DNA of 64,000 nt from an uncultured Acidimicrobiia bacterium (GTDB taxonomy: Bacteria; Actinomycetota; Acidimicrobiia; Spongiisociales; ZC4RG35), in contig CAXMOW010000002.1 of the NCBI GenBank assembly GCA_964195235.1, positions 3,772 through 67,771 on the forward strand, in the 5' to 3' direction. The number at the start of each line of letters is the position of its first letter. The stretch's first letter is position 1. Of the stretch, positions 60,398-64,000 are shown piece after piece. The translations under genes and the position numbers were made by a program. Below the pieces are notes generated by a model that was not told the DNA's origin, searched no databases, and saw nothing but the letters and a program-made list of their open reading frames with translations.

Positions 60398-60437
60398 CAG
60401 GTGGGCGCCTCTAGCACCCACCTGGTTTGTTGTGTTG
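60398..60437 (+). terminator. intrinsic terminator downstream of proS (8-bp stem CAGGTGGG/CCCACCTG, then GTTTGTTGTGTTG)
   Basis: Read directly. A weaker stem with a TTTTT tract lies just upstream at 60361-60397, and a TATAAT hexamer at 60366-60371. Confidence 0.45.
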
Positions 60438-60460
60438 AAACGAGAGGTTGAAACGGGATA

Positions 60461-60943
60461 TTGAGAGAAATTGTGACGCAGATAACTGACATTTGGGATG
60501 TCTTGGAGCCTTATCTCGCCGCGGAGAGACTCGAGTTGGATGACCTTGAGTTGGCCGGGCAAGGAAAAGGGCGGATCCTCCGCGTCACTGTGGACGGCGA
60601 TGATTTGAATATTGACCGTCTCGCCGCTCTTTCGCGCAATCTTTCACGTCTTCTCGACAACGAGACCGGTCTTCAGGACGAATACCAACTAGAAGTGAGT
60701 TCGCCCGGTCTCGAACGAAAACTCAAACGCCCGACGCATTACGCAAAGTCGGTCGGACGCGAAGTCGTGGCAAAGGTTTCGACGGGAGAGTCGAAGATGA
60801 CAATGCGGGGCACCATTTCCGATGCCGGCGATGACACATTCACCATCGATACTGACGAGGGAGCGCATGTGGTCGGCTACGGAGACGTCATCACCGCCAA
60901 AACAGTTTTCAATTGGGTCAAAACGCCCAAGCCAGGTCACTGA
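60461..60943 (+). CDS. rimP: ribosome maturation factor RimP
   Basis: Conserved position upstream of nusA. Sm-like fold motifs LEVSSPGLER. Confidence 0.75.
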   Translation: MREIVTQITDIWDVLEPYLAAERLELDDLELAGQGKGRILRVTVDGDDLNIDRLAALSRNLSRLLDNETGLQDEYQLEVSSPGLERKLKRPTHYAKSVGREVVAKVSTGESKMTMRGTISDAGDDTFTIDTDEGAHVVGYGDVITAKTVFNWVKTPKPGH

Positions 60944-60952
60944 AGGAGAAAT

Positions 60953-62155
60953 ATGCAGCTCGACACGATGATGGAGGCCATTGAGGTCCTGTCCCGGGAA
61001 CGTGGGGTTCCAGTCGACACCATCCTCGATGCTTTCGCCAACGCCCTGGTCGCGGCATACAAACGCAGTCCAGGTGCGGCCGAAGAGGCACGCGTGACCA
61101 TCGACCCCGGCTCCGGTCAGGTCACCGTTTACGCACAAGAGCTCGACGAAGACGGAAACGTCATCGATGAGTGGGAAGACACCCCGGAGGGCGAAGCATT
61201 TGGTCGGATCGCAGCCCAATCGTTCAAGCAGGTCATGCAGTTCAAGCTGCGTGAGGCGAAACGCGAGAAGGTCTACGAGATGTATGAAGGGCGCGAAGGC
61301 GACCTTGTCACTGGAATCGTTCAGCAGGTCGACTACCGGTCGGTAATCCTGGATTTGGGCGATGCTGAGGCCATTCTTCCCGGCAGCGAGCGCATTCCGT
61401 TTGAGCGACTAGAGCGGGGCAATCGGGTCAAGGCATTGATTCTCGAGGTGCGAAACGAACCCAAAGGCGCTCAGATTGTCGTTTCGCGTAGTCACCCAGA
61501 TCTGGTCCGAAGGCTCCTCGAGCTGGAGGTTCCCGAGTTGACCGACGGCACTATTGAAATCGTGAACATTGCTCGCGAGCCCGGGCACCGAAGCAAGATC
61601 GCCGTTATCTCACACGATCCCAACGTCGACCCAAAGGGGGCATGTGTGGGCGCACGGGGGTCGCGAGTTCGTCAGGTGGTCAACGAGCTTCGCGGCGAAA
61701 AGGTTGACGTGGTGCAGTGGCGCGATGACATAGGTCAGTTCATCGCCGAGGCCCTGGGCCCTGCGAAGGTCAAAGAGGTTCGCATCGATGAGGAAGAGAA
61801 GACAGCGGACGTAATCGTCTCCGAGCACCAGCTGTCACTCGCCATCGGCAAAGAGGGTCAGAACGCCCGTCTTGCCGCCAGGCTGTCCGGCTACAAGGTC
61901 GACATTCGCTCGGACGTCGAGCCCATTCCGGAAGAGGAAGCTTCGGAAGAAGGGGCGGAGAAAGCTTCGGAAGAAGGGGCGGAGAAAGCTTCGGAAGAAG
62001 GGGCAGAGAAAGCAGCCGTCGAAGTCAAAGCAGATGAGGTGGCGAAGGAGTTTCCCGTCGAGGAGCCGGCCACAGACGAAGCCAGCCCTGAGGGCGATGA
62101 CGAAGACACGGTCAGTGCGCCTGCTGACGCAGGCGTGGCAGAAGAGAGCGAGTGA
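60953..62155 (+). CDS. nusA: transcription termination/antitermination factor NusA with acidic repeat-containing C-terminal tail
   Basis: N-terminal domain, S1 and two KH domains (GxxG: GARGSRV, GKEGQNA). Acidic tail with a tandem repeat. Confidence 0.9.
   Translation: MQLDTMMEAIEVLSRERGVPVDTILDAFANALVAAYKRSPGAAEEARVTIDPGSGQVTVYAQELDEDGNVIDEWEDTPEGEAFGRIAAQSFKQVMQFKLREAKREKVYEMYEGREGDLVTGIVQQVDYRSVILDLGDAEAILPGSERIPFERLERGNRVKALILEVRNEPKGAQIVVSRSHPDLVRRLLELEVPELTDGTIEIVNIAREPGHRSKIAVISHDPNVDPKGACVGARGSRVRQVVNELRGEKVDVVQWRDDIGQFIAEALGPAKVKEVRIDEEEKTADVIVSEHQLSLAIGKEGQNARLAARLSGYKVDIRSDVEPIPEEEASEEGAEKASEEGAEKASEEGAEKAAVEVKADEVAKEFPVEEPATDEASPEGDDEDTVSAPADAGVAEESE
61940..62011 (+). repeat. 3 x 24-bp perfect or near-perfect tandem repeat (GCTTCGGAAGAAGGGGCGGAGAAA) encoding (ASEEGAEK)x3 in the nusA tail
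   Basis: Units at 61940-61963, 61964-61987 and 61988-62011 (one G>A difference in unit 3). In frame with nusA. Confidence 0.8.
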
Positions 62156-62163
62156 TTTTTCGA

Positions 62164-64000
62164 ATGAGGGTTTATGAGCTGGCTCGTGACTTGGGGGTGG
62201 ACTCGAAGGAGGTCCTCACCCATGCCCAGGAGCTCGGCATTGAAGTAAAGACAGCCTCTTCGGGGCTGGATGATGAAGGCGCGGAGTTGCTTCGCCTCGC
62301 GTTTACACCAACCGACGAAGTCAGCGAGGTCGCCGAGCCCGCAGCTGTTGATACTCCGCCGGCGGAAGAGACATCCGAAGCCGTTGATGAAGCCGAGGTC
62401 GTCGAGGAAGTCGAGGCTGTGGAAGAAGCCGAGATCCAAATTGCCTCGATCATCGAGGGCGCCACAGTTGAACAATTCGCGGACGCGTTAGCTCAGCCAG
62501 TCGGTGAAATTGTCAAAGCGCTCTTGGAAAAAGGGATTCCAGCAGGAGCCAGTCAGACAATGCCGACCGAGCTGATCGACGAAGTCGCCGAGGGATTCGG
62601 ATACATCGTTGAGGTTGAGCCTGCTCCCGAGACTCCAGCTGTTGCGGAACAACCTGAGTTCGACGACTCGGAGGACGACCTTGTGGGCCGGCCCCCTGTG
62701 GTCACCGTGATGGGCCATGTCGATCACGGCAAGACGACCCTCCTCGATACGATTCGCAAGGCCCGTGTTGTTGACGACGAGCAGGGTGGGATTACCCAGC
62801 ACATCGGTGCATATCAAGTCGAAGTCAACGGACACGACATCACCTTTATCGACACGCCCGGCCACGAAGCCTTCACGTCACTTCGGGCGCGCGGCGCCAA
62901 CATCACTGACATCGTTGTTCTGGTCGTCGCAGCCGACGACGGTGTTATGCCCCAAACCCAGGAGGCGATCTCACACTCGAAAGCTGCCGGCGTGAAGATG
63001 ATCGTTGCTATCAACAAGATGGATGCACCGGGCGCTGACCCGCTTCGTGTCCGGACTGAACTAACCAATTACGACGTCCTCACTGAGGAGCTCGGTGGCG
63101 ACATCCCCAGTGTCGAGATGTCGGCTCTCAACGGCACCGGTGTTGATGAGTTGCTCGAGGTCATTGACCTGATCGCACAGCTTGAGGACTACAAGGCCAA
63201 TCCGCGGCCGAAGGCTTCCGGTGTTGTAGTCGAGGCACAGTTGGAGAAGGGGCGTGGACCGGTTGCGTCGGTGATCATCCAACGAGGAACGCTCAAGCAA
63301 GGTGACGCCTTTGTTGCCGGCGCGGTCTCGGGTCGGGCTCGTGCCCTTCTCGATGACAGCGGCGATCAGATCAAGACTGCTGGGCCTTCGTCTCCGGTGG
63401 AAATCATGGGTTGGGCAGAGGTGCCCTCGGCCGGAGATTTCTTCGAGGTCATGGAAAATGATCGGGAGGCGCGCAAGACAGCCGTCGGTCGATTTGAGGC
63501 TGATCGTGCCCAATCACAAGTGGCCCCGAGCGCTCGCGACCGATTGCAGGGCTTACTCGAGCAGTTGCGCAGCGATGACGCCACGCTCAACGTCATCGTC
63601 AAAGCCGACGCCCAAGGGTCTCTCGAGGCGCTTCGAGAGTCAATCGTGAAGATCGAACGTGAGGGTGGCAAGATCCAAATCATCCACACCGGCGTCGGTG
63701 GCATCAACGAAAATGACGTGACTTTGGCCGAGGTGACCGAAGCCGTGATTGTTGGCTTCAACGTCCGACCGGAGCCAAAGGCTCGCAAGGCGGCGGAGCA
63801 AGCAGGAATTCAGATCCGCACCTACGGGATCATCTATGAGCTACTAGAAGAGGTCGAACTTCTTCTGGTTGGCCAACTGGCTCCCGACGAGGAGGAGCAG
63901 GTTTTGGGAACTGCCGAGGTCCGCGCCACATTCAAAGTGCCGCGTGCGGGCACGATCGCTGGTTGTTTCGTCATCGAAGGTGTTGTCCAGCGTGGTGCGA
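62164..64000 (+). CDS. infB: translation initiation factor IF-2, 5' partial (runs off the window end)
   Basis: Begins [19 protein letters not shown] domain has [20 protein letters not shown] and NKMD. Not in the ORF track because there is no stop in the window. Confidence 0.85.
   Translation, partial: MRVYELARDLGVDSKEVLTHAQELGIEVKTASSGLDDEGAELLRLAFTPTDEVSEVAEPAAVDTPPAEETSEAVDEAEVVEEVEAVEEAEIQIASIIEGATVEQFADALAQPVGEIVKALLEKGIPAGASQTMPTELIDEVAEGFGYIVEVEPAPETPAVAEQPEFDDSEDDLVGRPPVVTVMGHVDHGKTTLLDTIRKARVVDDEQGGITQHIGAYQVEVNGHDITFIDTPGHEAFTSLRARGANITDIVVLVVAADDGVMPQTQEAISHSKAAGVKMIVAINKMDAPGADPLRVRTELTNYDVLTEELGGDIPSVEMSALNGTGVDELLEVIDLIAQLEDYKANPRPKASGVVVEAQLEKGRGPVASVIIQRGTLKQGDAFVAGAVSGRARALLDDSGDQIKTAGPSSPVEIMGWAEVPSAGDFFEVMENDREARKTAVGRFEADRAQSQVAPSARDRLQGLLEQLRSDDATLNVIVKADAQGSLEALRESIVKIEREGGKIQIIHTGVGGINENDVTLAEVTEAVIVGFNVRPEPKARKAAEQAGIQIRTYGIIYELLEEVELLLVGQLAPDEEEQVLGTAEVRATFKVPRAGTIAGCFVIEGVVQRGA

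Noticed and set aside
1-64000. CRISPR arrays, rRNA or tRNA genes, transposases/IS elements.
   Set aside because: No spaced direct repeats were seen. Intergenic regions are short and lack tRNA T-loop (GGTTCGAAT) signatures. No transposase-like ORFs.

Overview
This window is a high-GC (~60%) bacterial chromosome segment with the conserved actinobacterial backbone fpg-acyP-smc-ftsY ... ffh-rpsP-KH-rimM ... trmD-rplS-lepB-DUF2469-yraN ... comM-dprA-xerC ... rpsB-tsf-pyrH-frr-cdsA-dxr-rseP-ispG-proS-rimP-nusA-infB. Gene calls rest on recognisable motifs in the ORF translations; no database search was possible. Several accessory blocks are inserted into this backbone. Between ftsY and ffh there are pyrimidine salvage genes (cdd, deoA, upp), gltB, etfAB, a Xanthomonas-type arginine trio (argF', bifunctional NAGS/K, short argC), an alkyltransferase-like protein, ppc, and a form I aerobic CO dehydrogenase cluster (coxD-coxE-coxM-coxS-coxL) followed by two XdhC/CoxF-like maturation genes, one fused to a YHS copper-binding domain. 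Between rimM and trmD lies a lipoprotein, a thiolase, a nucleotidyltransferase + CDP-alcohol phosphatidyltransferase pair, and a DUF1059 gene preceded by an SOS-box-like palindrome. Between yraN and comM lies an ABC-2 exporter, a small Cys/His protein, an enoyl-CoA hydratase, a yeast-type cytosine deaminase and a gamma-glutamyltranspeptidase. Between xerC and rpsB lies a WhiG/FliA-type sigma factor, a MarR/NmrA pair and queG. Other features: two single-base reading-frame breaks (smc, xdhC), a CTG-initiated fpg, a 24-bp x3 tandem repeat in nusA, and several terminator-like hairpins and candidate operator sites. No rRNA, tRNA, CRISPR array or transposase was recognised.
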